64,000 nt of DNA, taken from Candidatus Aminicenantes bacterium. Its GTDB lineage: Bacteria; Acidobacteriota; Aminicenantia; Aminicenantales; Aminicenantaceae. Made by a program: the position numbers and the translations under genes. Shown piece after piece: positions 54,282 through 63,999 of the stretch (position 1 is its first letter; the number at the start of each line of letters is the position of its first letter). Location: the NCBI GenBank assembly GCA_016783445.1, contig JADHWO010000003.1, positions 8,427-72,426 on the forward strand, given 5' to 3'. The notes beneath the pieces were generated by a model. It did not search any database. It was not told where the DNA came from and saw nothing but the letters and a program-made list of their open reading frames with translations.

Positions 54282-55860
54282 AACTTGCTCCGATAAAAGC
54301 TTTAAATAGAGGATGAGGATTTAAAGGTTTTGATTTAAATTCTGGATGAAACTGGCATCCAAGAAACCAGGGGTGGTCCTTGATCTCTACAATTTCCACC
54401 AGCTTATGCTCAGGATTTTTCCCGGAGATGGAAAGGCCGGCTTTTTTCAAGATGTTTTTGTATTCAGGATTAAATTCGTAGCGGTGACGGTGCCGCTCGT
54501 AAATGCTCTCTTTTGCGTAGGCCTTTTCAGCAAAAGAGCCTTTTTTCAGGCGGCACAAAAATTCACCCAGCCTCATAGTACCTCCAAGATCTTTAATTCC
54601 TTTTAGTTCACGCCATTTAAAGAAAATTTTATGGGGAGTTTTTGGATTGAACTCTGTACTGTTTGCATTATGGAGAGAGGCGGTATTCCGGGCAAACTCG
54701 ATGGAAGCAGCCTGCATTCCTAAGCAGATGCCAAAAAATGGTATTTTATGCTTTCGAGAATATGTAACAGCTCTTATTTTGCCTTCGATCCCTCTAACAC
54801 CAAAACCGCCTGGGACCAGAATTCCGTCTGCTTTGGCCAAGACTTCCTCAACCTTTTTGTTTTCCAGATCCTCGGCCTCTATCCAGGATATGTTAACTTT
54901 AAGCTTGTGAGCTGTTCCCCCATGGATCAAAGCCTGATTTAAACTCATGTAAGAATCTCGCAGGCCTGCGTATTTTCCAACAATGGCAATATTAACTTCA
55001 TCCCGGGGATTTTTCATTCTGTCGATTAATGTTTTCCATCGGTTTAGATTCTTTTTTCTTTTAGGAAGCATCAATTGTTTCAGGATAATACCATCAAGTC
55101 CTTCCTGGGCAAAAATGAGGGGAATTTCATAAATATTACCCACATCTTTGGCAGTGATAACCGCTTCCATGGGAACATTTGTAAAAAGGGAAATTTTAGC
55201 TTTTATTTCTTGATTAAGAAATCTATCTGTTCGGCAAAGAATTATATCGGGCTGGATACCTATCGCCTGGAGTTCGCGGACACTGTGTTGTGTTGGTTTT
55301 GTTTTCAGCTCACCAGATGTCTTAATGAATGGAACAAGTGTCAGATGGACAAAAAGAGCGTTATCGCTTCCCAAAGAAAGCCTCATCTGTCGTATTGCTT
55401 CAAGGAAAGGCTGGCTTTCAATGTCTCCTACAGTGCCGCCTATTTCGACGATGACAATATCATTTTTATCAGAGACAGCATAGAAGGCCTTTTTTATTTC
55501 ATCTGTAACATGGGGGATAACCTGAACTGTTTTACCGAGGTATTCACCCTTACGTTCTTTTCTTATAATTGATTCGTAAATTTTTCCGGCTGTCCAGTTA
55601 TGCGCCCTGGTTGTTTTAGTGGAAGTGAACCGTTCATAATGCCCCAGGTCAAGGTCTGTTTCAGCTCCGTCATCCGTAACATAAACTTCTCCATGCTGGA
55701 AAGGATTCATGGTGCCAGGGTCTACATTTATGTAGGGATCAAGTTTCTGAAGGGTTATTTTATAGCCGTGGCTTTCCAATAGTCTGCCGATTGAAGCTGC
55801 GGCGATTCCTTTGCCTAATGCGGAAAGGACTCCTCCTGTGATAAAAATAAATTTAGTCAT
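54238..55860 (-). CDS. pyrG: CTP synthase
   Basis: N-terminal synthetase domain (MTKFIFITGGVLSALGKG) and a glutamine amidotransferase domain with GICLGMQ. Confidence 0.9.
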   Translation of the reverse strand: MTKFIFITGGVLSALGKGIAAASIGRLLESHGYKITLQKLDPYINVDPGTMNPFQHGEVYVTDDGAETDLDLGHYERFTSTKTTRAHNWTAGKIYESIIRKERKGEYLGKTVQVIPHVTDEIKKAFYAVSDKNDIVIVEIGGTVGDIESQPFLEAIRQMRLSLGSDNALFVHLTLVPFIKTSGELKTKPTQHSVRELQAIGIQPDIILCRTDRFLNQEIKAKISLFTNVPMEAVITAKDVGNIYEIPLIFAQEGLDGIILKQLMLPKRKKNLNRWKTLIDRMKNPRDEVNIAIVGKYAGLRDSYMSLNQALIHGGTAHKLKVNISWIEAEDLENKKVEEVLAKADGILVPGGFGVRGIEGKIRAVTYSRKHKIPFFGICLGMQAASIEFARNTASLHNANSTEFNPKTPHKIFFKWRELKGIKDLGGTMRLGEFLCRLKKGSFAEKAYAKESIYERHRHRYEFNPEYKNILKKAGLSISGKNPEHKLVEIVEIKDHPWFLGCQFHPEFKSKPLNPHPLFKAFIGASYAYRSKRNIHKKQI

Positions 55861-56578
55861 TAGTGTTTTGCTTTAAATAGTTTTCAACCTTGATTATATC
55901 TTGAGGGGTGTCAACACTCAAGGTTAAAAATTGACTTATAATGATTTTTATTTTGTATCCATTTTCTAGAGCTCTAAGTTGCTCTAAATTTTCTTCTTTT
56001 TCCAGTTTAGATGGTGGTATTTTGCAGAAAGTCTGTAGAAAATCTTTTTGATAGCCATAAATTCCGATGTGTTGGAAGAAAAAATCGGATTCCTTTGAAG
56101 AGAGGGGAGAACGGAAAAAATTGAGGGCAAAGCCCTTTTTATCTGTTGTTACTTTGACAACATTATTTTCATAAAGGAGACTCGAGTTATTAACTTCAGC
56201 AGCAAGAGTGGCCATGGGGATGGATTCATCCTGCAGGGCTATCACCAGGTCATTTATCATTTCTCCTCTTAAGAGAGGCTCATCTCCTTGAATGTTGATG
56301 ACAATGGAGCTTTGGATTTCCTTGGCTACTTCAGCGACTCTTTCGGTACCGGAAAGATGGTCAGTAGAAGTCATTCTAACATCTGCTCCAAATTTTTCTG
56401 CAGCCTCAAAAATTCTTAAATCATCAGTTGCGATAATTAAGTGGTCAAGGAACTTAGATGTTTTTGTAGCTTCATAGACTCTCTGGATCATGGATTTTCC
56501 CTGGATGAGAGCCAAGGGCTTCCCAGGGAACCGTTGCGAGTTGTATCGGGCGGGGATGATTCCTGTTGCTAATTTCAA
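55853..56578 (-). CDS. kdsB: 3-deoxy-manno-octulosonate cytidylyltransferase (CMP-KDO synthetase)
   Basis: IIPARYNSQRFPGKPL motif. Confidence 0.85.
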   Translation of the reverse strand: MKLATGIIPARYNSQRFPGKPLALIQGKSMIQRVYEATKTSKFLDHLIIATDDLRIFEAAEKFGADVRMTSTDHLSGTERVAEVAKEIQSSIVINIQGDEPLLRGEMINDLVIALQDESIPMATLAAEVNNSSLLYENNVVKVTTDKKGFALNFFRSPLSSKESDFFFQHIGIYGYQKDFLQTFCKIPPSKLEKEENLEQLRALENGYKIKIIISQFLTLSVDTPQDIIKVENYLKQNTND

Positions 56579-57003
56579 GATTGGTATCCCTGTTCAACCT
56601 CTTTCTCTTTTTTAGTCTTAGGCAAGGGAATTTGATCCGATGTTTGACAACTGGTTTCAAGATAGGCTCCCTCTTCTACAATCAGCTTTGGAGTTATAAC
56701 AGACCCGATTACTCGTCCAGTGGCGTTTATCTCGACCTTTTCTGTGGCCTGGATATTACCCTTAATTTCGCCGTTGATTATAATATAACCAATATTAACG
56801 TCTGCTTCGACCTTTCCCTTCTCTCCAATAATGAGGATTGATTCCGAATCAATTTTACCTTTAAAATGACCATCAATACGGAAAGAGCCCTTAAAAGTTA
56901 AGTTGCCATCAATTTCAGTGTCTTTATCAAAAAACCCTGTGATCTTATCTGAGTCTAACATTTTTTTCTTATTGTCCATGAGTTCACTCCTTAATTTTTT
57001 CAT
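56575..57003 (-). CDS. Bactofilin-family cytoskeletal protein
   Basis: Right-handed beta-helix repeats (IDGHFKGKIDS..., VEADVNIGYIIINGEIKGNIQATEKVEINATGRVIGSV) and a Pro-rich tail. Overlaps the parB stop. Confidence 0.7.
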   Translation of the reverse strand: MKKLRSELMDNKKKMLDSDKITGFFDKDTEIDGNLTFKGSFRIDGHFKGKIDSESILIIGEKGKVEADVNIGYIIINGEIKGNIQATEKVEINATGRVIGSVITPKLIVEEGAYLETSCQTSDQIPLPKTKKEKEVEQGYQS

Positions 57004-57823
57004 AGAATCTGTTTAAATCGTCTGTAGAAAAGTAATGTATTTTAATCACCCCTTTTTTCTGGCTCCCTGAGATTGATACTTTAGTACCCAGAAGCCTGAT
57101 AAGCTCTTCTTGAAGAGCCATTAAGTCTGGATCAGGCAATTGATCCTTTTTACTTGGGGTGGGATGCTTGATTTTATGGATTATCTTTTCGACATCCCGC
57201 ACTGGAAGTTGTTTTTGAATGATCTGGCGGGCAAGAGAAATTTGGAGCCTGGAATTTTCAAGGCTGATTAGAGCTCTGGCATGTCCCATAGAAATTTTAC
57301 GCTCTGCAAGATTATTCTGGATTTCTTTTGGAAGGTTGAGAAGACGTAAATAATTGGCAACAGAAGTCCTGTCTTTTCCAACTTTATCAGCGATATCCTG
57401 TTGAGTGTAGTTAAGTTCTTGAATTAATTTCTTGTAGGCTAAAGCAACTTCTAAGGGATTGAGATCTTCCCTCTGGAGGTTTTCCACAAGAGAGGTCTCG
57501 AACTGCTTAACTTTGGCCATACTGCGGATGACAGCAGGAATTTTTTTAAGGCCGATTTTTTGAGCAGCACGCCATCTGCGTTCTCCAATAATTATTTTGT
57601 AATAGCTTTTATCTTGAATTACAACGATAGGCTGGAGAATCCCCGATTCTTTTATCGAGTGGGCTAGCTGATCAATAGATTCATGGTCGAATTTAAGTCT
57701 CGGCTGAAGAGGATTTGGCTTGATTTGTTCTATGTCCAATTCAGCATACCTCTCTTCTTTTAGAATGCCGTACTCTTCGGGAAGGAATGCCTTTAAGCCC
57801 TTTCCTAAAGCTTTCTTTTTCAT
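56984..57823 (-). CDS. parB: Chromosome partitioning protein ParB
   Basis: ParB box GERRWRAA and helix-turn-helix (QQDIADKVGKDRTSVANYLRLL). Confidence 0.85.
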   Translation of the reverse strand: MKKKALGKGLKAFLPEEYGILKEERYAELDIEQIKPNPLQPRLKFDHESIDQLAHSIKESGILQPIVVIQDKSYYKIIIGERRWRAAQKIGLKKIPAVIRSMAKVKQFETSLVENLQREDLNPLEVALAYKKLIQELNYTQQDIADKVGKDRTSVANYLRLLNLPKEIQNNLAERKISMGHARALISLENSRLQISLARQIIQKQLPVRDVEKIIHKIKHPTPSKKDQLPDPDLMALQEELIRLLGTKVSISGSQKKGVIKIHYFSTDDLNRFYEKIKE

Positions 57824-58575
57824 TTTTGAAGCATCTCCTGAGCTAAATTAAAATAGGCTTCAGCTCCTTTAGATTTTTTTGCATAAAGAATAATCGGTTT
57901 ACCAAAACCTGGAGCCTCAGCAAGTCTAACTGTTCGAGGAATGATAACCTCATACGTAATCTCTTTAAGGTTATGCCTAATTTCTTCGGCTACCTGTTTG
58001 GAAAGGTTAGTTCTTTCATCGTACATCGTCAAGAGAATTCCCTCTATAGAGAGAGCGGGATTTAAGTGAGTCCGAACCTCATCAAAAATATGAAGGAGTG
58101 TTGGAATGCCCTCCATACAAAAAAACTCGCACTGGACAGGGATGAGGACTGAATCAGCAGCTGTAAGGGCATTTATTGTTAGAAAGCCCAGGGAAGGGGG
58201 ACAATCAATAAGGATAAAACTAAAATATTTCTCGATCCCATTTATGGCTTCTCTAAGCCTTTTTTCTTTTTTCTCTTGGGAGTAAAGCTCTACTTCTGCT
58301 CCCGCCAATTCAGGGGAACAGGGACAGATATAAAGGTTTTTGAGCTCGGTGGGCAGGATACAATCCGTCATGTTTTGGCCGTTCATGAGTGCCTGGTAGA
58401 TTCCCTCGTTTTCTTTTTTTGTTTTTCCGAGGCCAACTGTTGCCATTCCCTGAGGGTCGATATCCACAATTAGTACTTTCTTGTTTATTAAAGCCAGGGA
58501 AGCAGCAAGGTTAATGGCTGTTGTTGTTTTCCCAACACCGCCCTTTTGGTTGGCTATGGCTATTACTTTTTTCAT
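57820..58575 (-). CDS. parA: Chromosome partitioning ATPase ParA (Soj)
   Basis: Deviant Walker A KGGVGKTT. Confidence 0.9.
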   Translation of the reverse strand: MKKVIAIANQKGGVGKTTTAINLAASLALINKKVLIVDIDPQGMATVGLGKTKKENEGIYQALMNGQNMTDCILPTELKNLYICPCSPELAGAEVELYSQEKKEKRLREAINGIEKYFSFILIDCPPSLGFLTINALTAADSVLIPVQCEFFCMEGIPTLLHIFDEVRTHLNPALSIEGILLTMYDERTNLSKQVAEEIRHNLKEITYEVIIPRTVRLAEAPGFGKPIILYAKKSKGAEAYFNLAQEMLQK

Positions 58576-58588
58576 TCTCTTTAATGTT

Positions 58589-60445
58589 TCACGTGGAACA
58601 TTTTTCTCTTATCTGTTTTTTTCTTTTTTGAATCTTTAAGTGAATATGTAGGTTAATGGTTGCTGCAGGGGTAATCCCTGGGATTTTTTTGGCCTCTCCT
58701 ATTGTTTGAGGCCGGGTTTTTTCTAATTTTTCAATCACTTCCCCCGTTAGCCCTGCAATTTTTTTGAATTCTGTGTTTTTTGGAATTTTCTCTTTATCAA
58801 CTCTTTTGATTCTGGCAATTTCCTTCTCTTGTTTTTTTAAATAACCCTCATATTTTACTTCTGATTCAATGTTTCTTATCTCTTCATCTGATAAAGGCAG
58901 CTTAAATTTTTTATATTCTACCACATTTTTAAATCTTACTTCAGGTTTTTTTAACATATTTTTTAGAGGGATTTTTTCATTATTCTCCGTTATTATTTTT
59001 TCTTTTTTAAGAAATTCCATGGTTTTTTTTATATTTTCCTGTTTTTTCAGGTAATTTTCATAGTCTTTTTCCTTTATGAGTCCGAGATCGTACCCGTATT
59101 GGGTCAATCTTTTGTCTGCATTATCAATACGAAGGAGAAGTCTGTATTCAGCACGTGAGGTGAAGAGTCGGTAGGGCTCTTCAACTCCCTTTGATATGAG
59201 GTCATCGATGAGAACAGCTATATAGGCCTGGTCCCGCCGTAAGATGAAAGGTTTCCTCTTTTTAATTTTTAAGGCAGCATTTATTCCTGCCATTAAACCC
59301 TGGGCTGCTGCTTCTTCATAGCCAGATGTTCCGTTGATCTGTCCAGCTAAGTACAAATTTTTAATATTTTTTGTTTCCAGAGTAAGGCGAAGCTGAGTGG
59401 GAACGACTGCATCGTATTCAATGCCGTAAGCTGGTCGGAATATTTTTGCCTGGTCCAAGCCTGGTATGCTTTGCAGGATTTTTTTCTGTACCTGGAGAGG
59501 AAGGCTAGAAGAGATGCCGTTTACGTAGATTTCAGCGGTTTCTAAACCTTCGGGTTCAAGAAAAAATTGATGTCTCAGGTGATGAGGAAATTTGACAACT
59601 TTATCCTCTATTGAGGGGCAATAACGGGGTCCGATGCCAGTTATTTTCCCGCTGAACAGGGGGGACTTATCCAGATTATTTTTAATAATTTCATGGGTTT
59701 TTTGGTTTGTATATCCAATATGGCAGAGGATTTTATTATTTAGCTTTTTTTGAGTACGAAAAGAAAAGGGGACCGGCTTTTTATCCCCAGCCTGGGGTGT
59801 GAATTGGCTCCAATCGATAGTATGCTTGTCAAGCCTCATAGGAGTTCCTGTTTTTAGACGAAAAGTTTTTAAACCGATTTTTTTTAAATTTTCAGCCAGT
59901 TCTTTAGAAGCTGGCTCGTTAGCCCTCCCTGCGGAATAACTGTTAAGCCCTATGTGGATTAGTCCGTTTAGAAATGTTCCTGGTGTCAGGATAACAGCTT
60001 TGGAGAGAAATTTATTCCCTTCCAGGGTTAAAACTCCCCGAGTTTTTTTATCTTTAATAAAGATTTCAGTGACAAATCCCTGGAAGAGTGTCAATTTGGG
60101 GATGTTTTCCAGCCAATTTTTCATTGTAAGCCTGTAGAGAACCTTATCAGATTGAGCACGGGGAGCCTGGACAGCCCCGCCTCGACTTCTATTGAGCAAC
60201 CTGAATTGTAAACCAGTTTTATCAGCCAGAAGGCCCATGAGGCCACCAAGAGCATCTATTTCCCTCACCAGATGCCCCTTAGCAAGGCCTCCTATAGCAG
60301 GATTGCAAGACATCTGAGCAATTGTTTCAAGATGAATTGTAATAAGGCAGGTTTTAAGCCCCATTGTGCTTGTTACATAGGCAGCTTCACAGCCAGCGTG
60401 GCCTGCACCCACGACAATAACATCATATTCATCCACAGATTTCAT
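58589..60445 (-). CDS. mnmG: tRNA uridine 5-carboxymethylaminomethyl modification enzyme MnmG (GidA)
   Basis: FAD-binding VIVVGAGHAGCEAA. 618 aa. Confidence 0.9.
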   Translation of the reverse strand: MKSVDEYDVIVVGAGHAGCEAAYVTSTMGLKTCLITIHLETIAQMSCNPAIGGLAKGHLVREIDALGGLMGLLADKTGLQFRLLNRSRGGAVQAPRAQSDKVLYRLTMKNWLENIPKLTLFQGFVTEIFIKDKKTRGVLTLEGNKFLSKAVILTPGTFLNGLIHIGLNSYSAGRANEPASKELAENLKKIGLKTFRLKTGTPMRLDKHTIDWSQFTPQAGDKKPVPFSFRTQKKLNNKILCHIGYTNQKTHEIIKNNLDKSPLFSGKITGIGPRYCPSIEDKVVKFPHHLRHQFFLEPEGLETAEIYVNGISSSLPLQVQKKILQSIPGLDQAKIFRPAYGIEYDAVVPTQLRLTLETKNIKNLYLAGQINGTSGYEEAAAQGLMAGINAALKIKKRKPFILRRDQAYIAVLIDDLISKGVEEPYRLFTSRAEYRLLLRIDNADKRLTQYGYDLGLIKEKDYENYLKKQENIKKTMEFLKKEKIITENNEKIPLKNMLKKPEVRFKNVVEYKKFKLPLSDEEIRNIESEVKYEGYLKKQEKEIARIKRVDKEKIPKNTEFKKIAGLTGEVIEKLEKTRPQTIGEAKKIPGITPAATINLHIHLKIQKRKKQIREKCST

Positions 60446-60452
60446 TTTTTCT

Positions 60453-61820
60453 TTATTTTCCTACGCAGAATCGGCTGAAGATATCTTTAATAATATCGTC
60501 CGCCCGAATTTCTCCAGTAAGCTGACCGATTAAAGGGATAGCTTTCCGGATTTCTTCCACATAAACTTCTTCAGGAAAGCCTTCTTTAAGACAGAGATGC
60601 CCTTTGATCAAATAACCAAGAATTTCTTCAAGGAGAAGTTTTTGGCGTAAATGAAAAATAACTTCTTCTCCCTGTTTCTGGTCTGGAACAAAAAACTCAT
60701 AGATCTTCTCTTTAAGTTTCTCCAGGTTTGTTCCTTTTAAAGCAGATATTTCAAGTGTTTGCAGATTTTTGTCCTGGCCTTTCAGTTTTTTTTTGTTCAT
60801 TTTCTGGGGCAGGTCAATTTTATTAAAGAGGAGAATAGTATTTTTATCTTTGAATTTTTTTAAAAGTCTATAATCTGTAAGGGTTTCCCTGCGAGAGCCG
60901 TCAAAGAGAAGAAGTACTCCTTCTGCCCGAGAGGCCAATTTTTTTCCTATTTGAATGCCTTCCTTATCTGCCGGGTGAACTGGAGTATCAAGGCCTGCCA
61001 TATCGATCAGGTTAAAAACAGAATTTTTTATTTTTATTTTCTCTTTTAAGTAATCTCTCGTTGTGCCTGGATAGGGCGTGACAATAGCTCTTTCTTTTTC
61101 GAGAAGCTTATTAAATAGAGTTGATTTCCCCACATTTGAACTTCCTGTGATGGCCAGAGTGAGGCCTTCAGAAAGTATTTTTCCCAGATGATAGCTTCCA
61201 ATAAGTTTTTTTATGGTAAGAATTACGCTTTCCATTGTTTTTAATGTCTGTTTAGATGAGATTCGTAAGCCTTCCTCCGGGAATTCAATGCTGGCTTCGA
61301 TTTGAGAGAGAAGGTGGATGATCTGATTCCGGAGGGTTGATATTTTTTTGGACAGGCTGCCTTCAAGCTGCTTAAAAGATATTTTTGCTTGTTTATAAGA
61401 AGCGGCCTGGATGATATCGTTTATGGCTTCAGCCTGGATGATGTCTATTCTTCCATTTAAATAAGCTCTGAGAGTGAACTCGCCTGGATTTGCATGTCTG
61501 GCCCCGGCTTTTATGCCGAGACGGACGAGTTCCTCAAGTATTACAGGACTTCCATGACAGCTGATTTCCACCAGGTCTTCCCTGGTATATGTATGGGGCG
61601 ATGGGAAATAGGTCAGGTAGGCTTTGTCGAAGCATTCCTTCTGTTCAGGATTAAAAAGATATCCAAGAATTGGATGAAGAGGAGGAATCTTGGCTTTGGT
61701 TTTTTTAGGCTTGAATATTTTTTTTGCGATTAAAAGGGACTTTTTCCCGCTCAGACGGACTATACCAAGCCCCCCGGAGCCAAAAGGGGTGGAGATGGCA
61801 ATGATAGTGTCTTCAAGCAT
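60453..61820 (-). CDS. mnmE: tRNA modification GTPase MnmE (TrmE)
   Basis: G-domain GSSNVGKSTL and C-terminal ...CVGK. Confidence 0.9.
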   Translation of the reverse strand: MLEDTIIAISTPFGSGGLGIVRLSGKKSLLIAKKIFKPKKTKAKIPPLHPILGYLFNPEQKECFDKAYLTYFPSPHTYTREDLVEISCHGSPVILEELVRLGIKAGARHANPGEFTLRAYLNGRIDIIQAEAINDIIQAASYKQAKISFKQLEGSLSKKISTLRNQIIHLLSQIEASIEFPEEGLRISSKQTLKTMESVILTIKKLIGSYHLGKILSEGLTLAITGSSNVGKSTLFNKLLEKERAIVTPYPGTTRDYLKEKIKIKNSVFNLIDMAGLDTPVHPADKEGIQIGKKLASRAEGVLLLFDGSRRETLTDYRLLKKFKDKNTILLFNKIDLPQKMNKKKLKGQDKNLQTLEISALKGTNLEKLKEKIYEFFVPDQKQGEEVIFHLRQKLLLEEILGYLIKGHLCLKEGFPEEVYVEEIRKAIPLIGQLTGEIRADDIIKDIFSRFCVGK

Positions 61821-61902
61821 AACCTATATATTAATTTGTGGCGAATAAACAGTAAAGAATAAAATTTTTGATAATAAAACAATGGGATAGAAGCTAGGAT
61901 AA

Positions 61903-62532
61903 CTAAGTCTGGTTTCTTGTCGGGAAGATCTTGATTTGTTTTAGAAATCCATCACCAATACTTTCGGTCGTGATCCCTGGGATTTGGTTGACTGCGATAT
62001 GAACGATTCGCCTTTCATAAGGATTCATCATATCCAGAATTTCATATTTGCCTGTTTCGTGAACATGCTGGGCAACGTTCTGGGCATACTCCTTTATCTG
62101 CCTTTCTTTCTTTTCTCTATAAAATTCGCAGTCTGCTTGAACTTTCTGGGGAGATATTTTATTAAGAATGTGTTGAAAGGCCAGGAGCAGCGAACCATCT
62201 TTCATCAGGAGTATATGTCTGTCATCTCCTTCAAAAATGATATAGACCGTGTCGTTTTTTATTTTTATCTGGTAATTTATTTCAAGAGGTAAAAGAGAAA
62301 GGACCTTATCGAGGAATTGAGCAACAGGATTTTCTTCAGGATCTTCTTTGGGCCAGGTGCGAATTACGATTTCTTTGCTCTTCATTCCAAAGAGTTTAGT
62401 TTTTTCTGTGACTATTTCGTAGTTGAACTTGCTTCTGGGGAGCTTTAGAACATGTTCGGCATGGCCTATGACTTCTTCTAAATTTTTTCCTTTAAATTCT
62501 TGATTTTGATTATTTTTTTCTTCTTTTTCCAT
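61903..62532 (-). CDS. khpB: RNA-binding protein Jag/KhpB (Jag_N, KH and R3H domains)
   Basis: R3H-like C-terminus and conserved yidC-jag-mnmE synteny. Confidence 0.75.
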   Translation of the reverse strand: MEKEEKNNQNQEFKGKNLEEVIGHAEHVLKLPRSKFNYEIVTEKTKLFGMKSKEIVIRTWPKEDPEENPVAQFLDKVLSLLPLEINYQIKIKNDTVYIIFEGDDRHILLMKDGSLLLAFQHILNKISPQKVQADCEFYREKKERQIKEYAQNVAQHVHETGKYEILDMMNPYERRIVHIAVNQIPGITTESIGDGFLKQIKIFPTRNQT

Positions 62533-63802
62533 GTGATTCTCTCTTTTTCTTTTGCTTCAGGCGGTTCATAATGTACTGCTGGCCAATTTGGAGAACATTG
62601 TTGGTCAGCCAGTAAAGAACAAGGCCGCTTGGAAAACTCATAAAAATGAAAGTGAAGACAAAAGGCATGATCAGCATCATTCTTGTCTGAGCAGGATCAG
62701 CAGATGTGGGCGTCATTTTTTGGCTGATAAATTGTGTAAGACCCATCAGAATAGGAGTTACATAAAAGGGATCTTTCACTGAGAGGTCAGTAATCCAGAA
62801 TATAAAGGGGCTGTGCCTGAATTCGATGGCTACGATCAGAAGCCGGAAAAATCCCCAGAAAACAGGTATTTGAATAAGCATAGGTAGGCAGCCTCCTGCC
62901 GGGTTGACTCCCTGTTCTTTGTAGAGCCTCATGACTTCTTCGTTCATTTTACGGCGCTGGGCTATATCTGTCTTTGACTTCTTGTATTTAGCTCTCAGAG
63001 CTTTGATTTTAGGCTGGAGTTCCTGCATTTTAGCCATGGAGCGCATACTGCTGTATGTTAAGGGAAAAAAGATGATTTTAATGATAAGAGTCAGGATGAT
63101 GATCGATAATCCCCAGTTGGGGACAATTCTATGAATGAATTTACTGGCTCTAAGAAGTATTTCCGATATAAATCCGAAAAGTCCGAATCTTATAAGCCTT
63201 TTTGTTTGGAAGCCGAATTCAACTAAAGAATCAAAATCTTTAGGTCCGATATAAACCTTTTGAGGTGAGCTTACAGATAGCAGAAAATGCGGAGCTTCTT
63301 CAGGCCCTTCTCTCAAAAAGGTTGCGCTTGCATCTTGGAAGGAAGTGATAAATAGAGCTGTGAAATAATTATTTTCGTAGGCAGCCCATTGTACAAAATA
63401 AAAAACATTTTCTTTTTTGATCACTAAGCTTTCCCATTTGTTTTTTTGAATGAACTTTCTTTCGTCCAGACGTTTAACTTTTGGAGTTGGAAAAACAGCC
63501 ATGCCTTGTCCTCCTCCGAATCGCTGCTGCTTAAGCTCAGAGGAAGATGGATTGCCAAATCCTGGTCCCCAGAGGACTCCGGGCTCAATTTTTTGTCCGT
63601 ATTTCCATACGTTAATCTGGATATCAAAGTCATATTTCCCGCCCTGGAATGTCAGGATTTTTTCCACACGTGTCCCTTCATTATCGGCATATAAAAGACG
63701 GACCTCACCAGTTTGCCCTTCTTTTAATTCTAAATTTAAATTCGAGGATTGATAAAAAACGCTGTTGATTGTGTTATCAAAAGATGAATCATCTGTTCTC
63801 AA
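62510..63802 (-). CDS. yidC: Membrane protein insertase YidC, C-terminal portion (end of the periplasmic domain plus the five-TM core). The frame is broken from the N-terminal part.
   Basis: Conserved YidC core (PLTYSSMRSMAKMQELQPKIKAL..., NPAGGCLPMLIQIPVFWGF, YWLTNNVLQIGQQY). The tracked ORF starts with TTG inside the periplasmic domain and lacks TM1. Confidence 0.85.
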   Translation of the reverse strand: MRTDDSSFDNTINSVFYQSSNLNLELKEGQTGEVRLLYADNEGTRVEKILTFQGGKYDFDIQINVWKYGQKIEPGVLWGPGFGNPSSSELKQQRFGGGQGMAVFPTPKVKRLDERKFIQKNKWESLVIKKENVFYFVQWAAYENNYFTALFITSFQDASATFLREGPEEAPHFLLSVSSPQKVYIGPKDFDSLVEFGFQTKRLIRFGLFGFISEILLRASKFIHRIVPNWGLSIIILTLIIKIIFFPLTYSSMRSMAKMQELQPKIKALRAKYKKSKTDIAQRRKMNEEVMRLYKEQGVNPAGGCLPMLIQIPVFWGFFRLLIVAIEFRHSPFIFWITDLSVKDPFYVTPILMGLTQFISQKMTPTSADPAQTRMMLIMPFVFTFIFMSFPSGLVLYWLTNNVLQIGQQYIMNRLKQKKKRESHGKRRKK

Positions 63803-63819
63803 GGAGAAAGGATATGTGT

Positions 63820-63999
63820 TTAAATCTGAAGAGTGGAGGGGAACAAGCTCAAGGTCTTCTTTTTCTTCGTTCTTATGTTTTTTAAGCTTCCAGCTCTTTA
63901 AAACGCCGCCTTTGTTGCTCCATACAGCTTGATATAGGGAAGTATCGATTAGGATTTGTTTTTCTGTTTGAGCTGAAATCTGTTGAGGTGCTCTCTTGT
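63820..63999 (-). pseudogene. yidC: YidC N-terminal periplasmic-domain fragment in a different frame (runs off the window end). Apparent frameshift relative to 62510-63802.
   Basis: Manual minus-strand translation gives DKRAPQQISAQTEKQILIDTSLYQAVWSNKGGVLKSWKLKKHKNEEKEDLELV, then a stop at 63820-63822. One extra G in the GGG run at 63838-63840 would restore ...EDLELVPLHSSDLNTYPFSLRTDD.... Confidence 0.55.
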
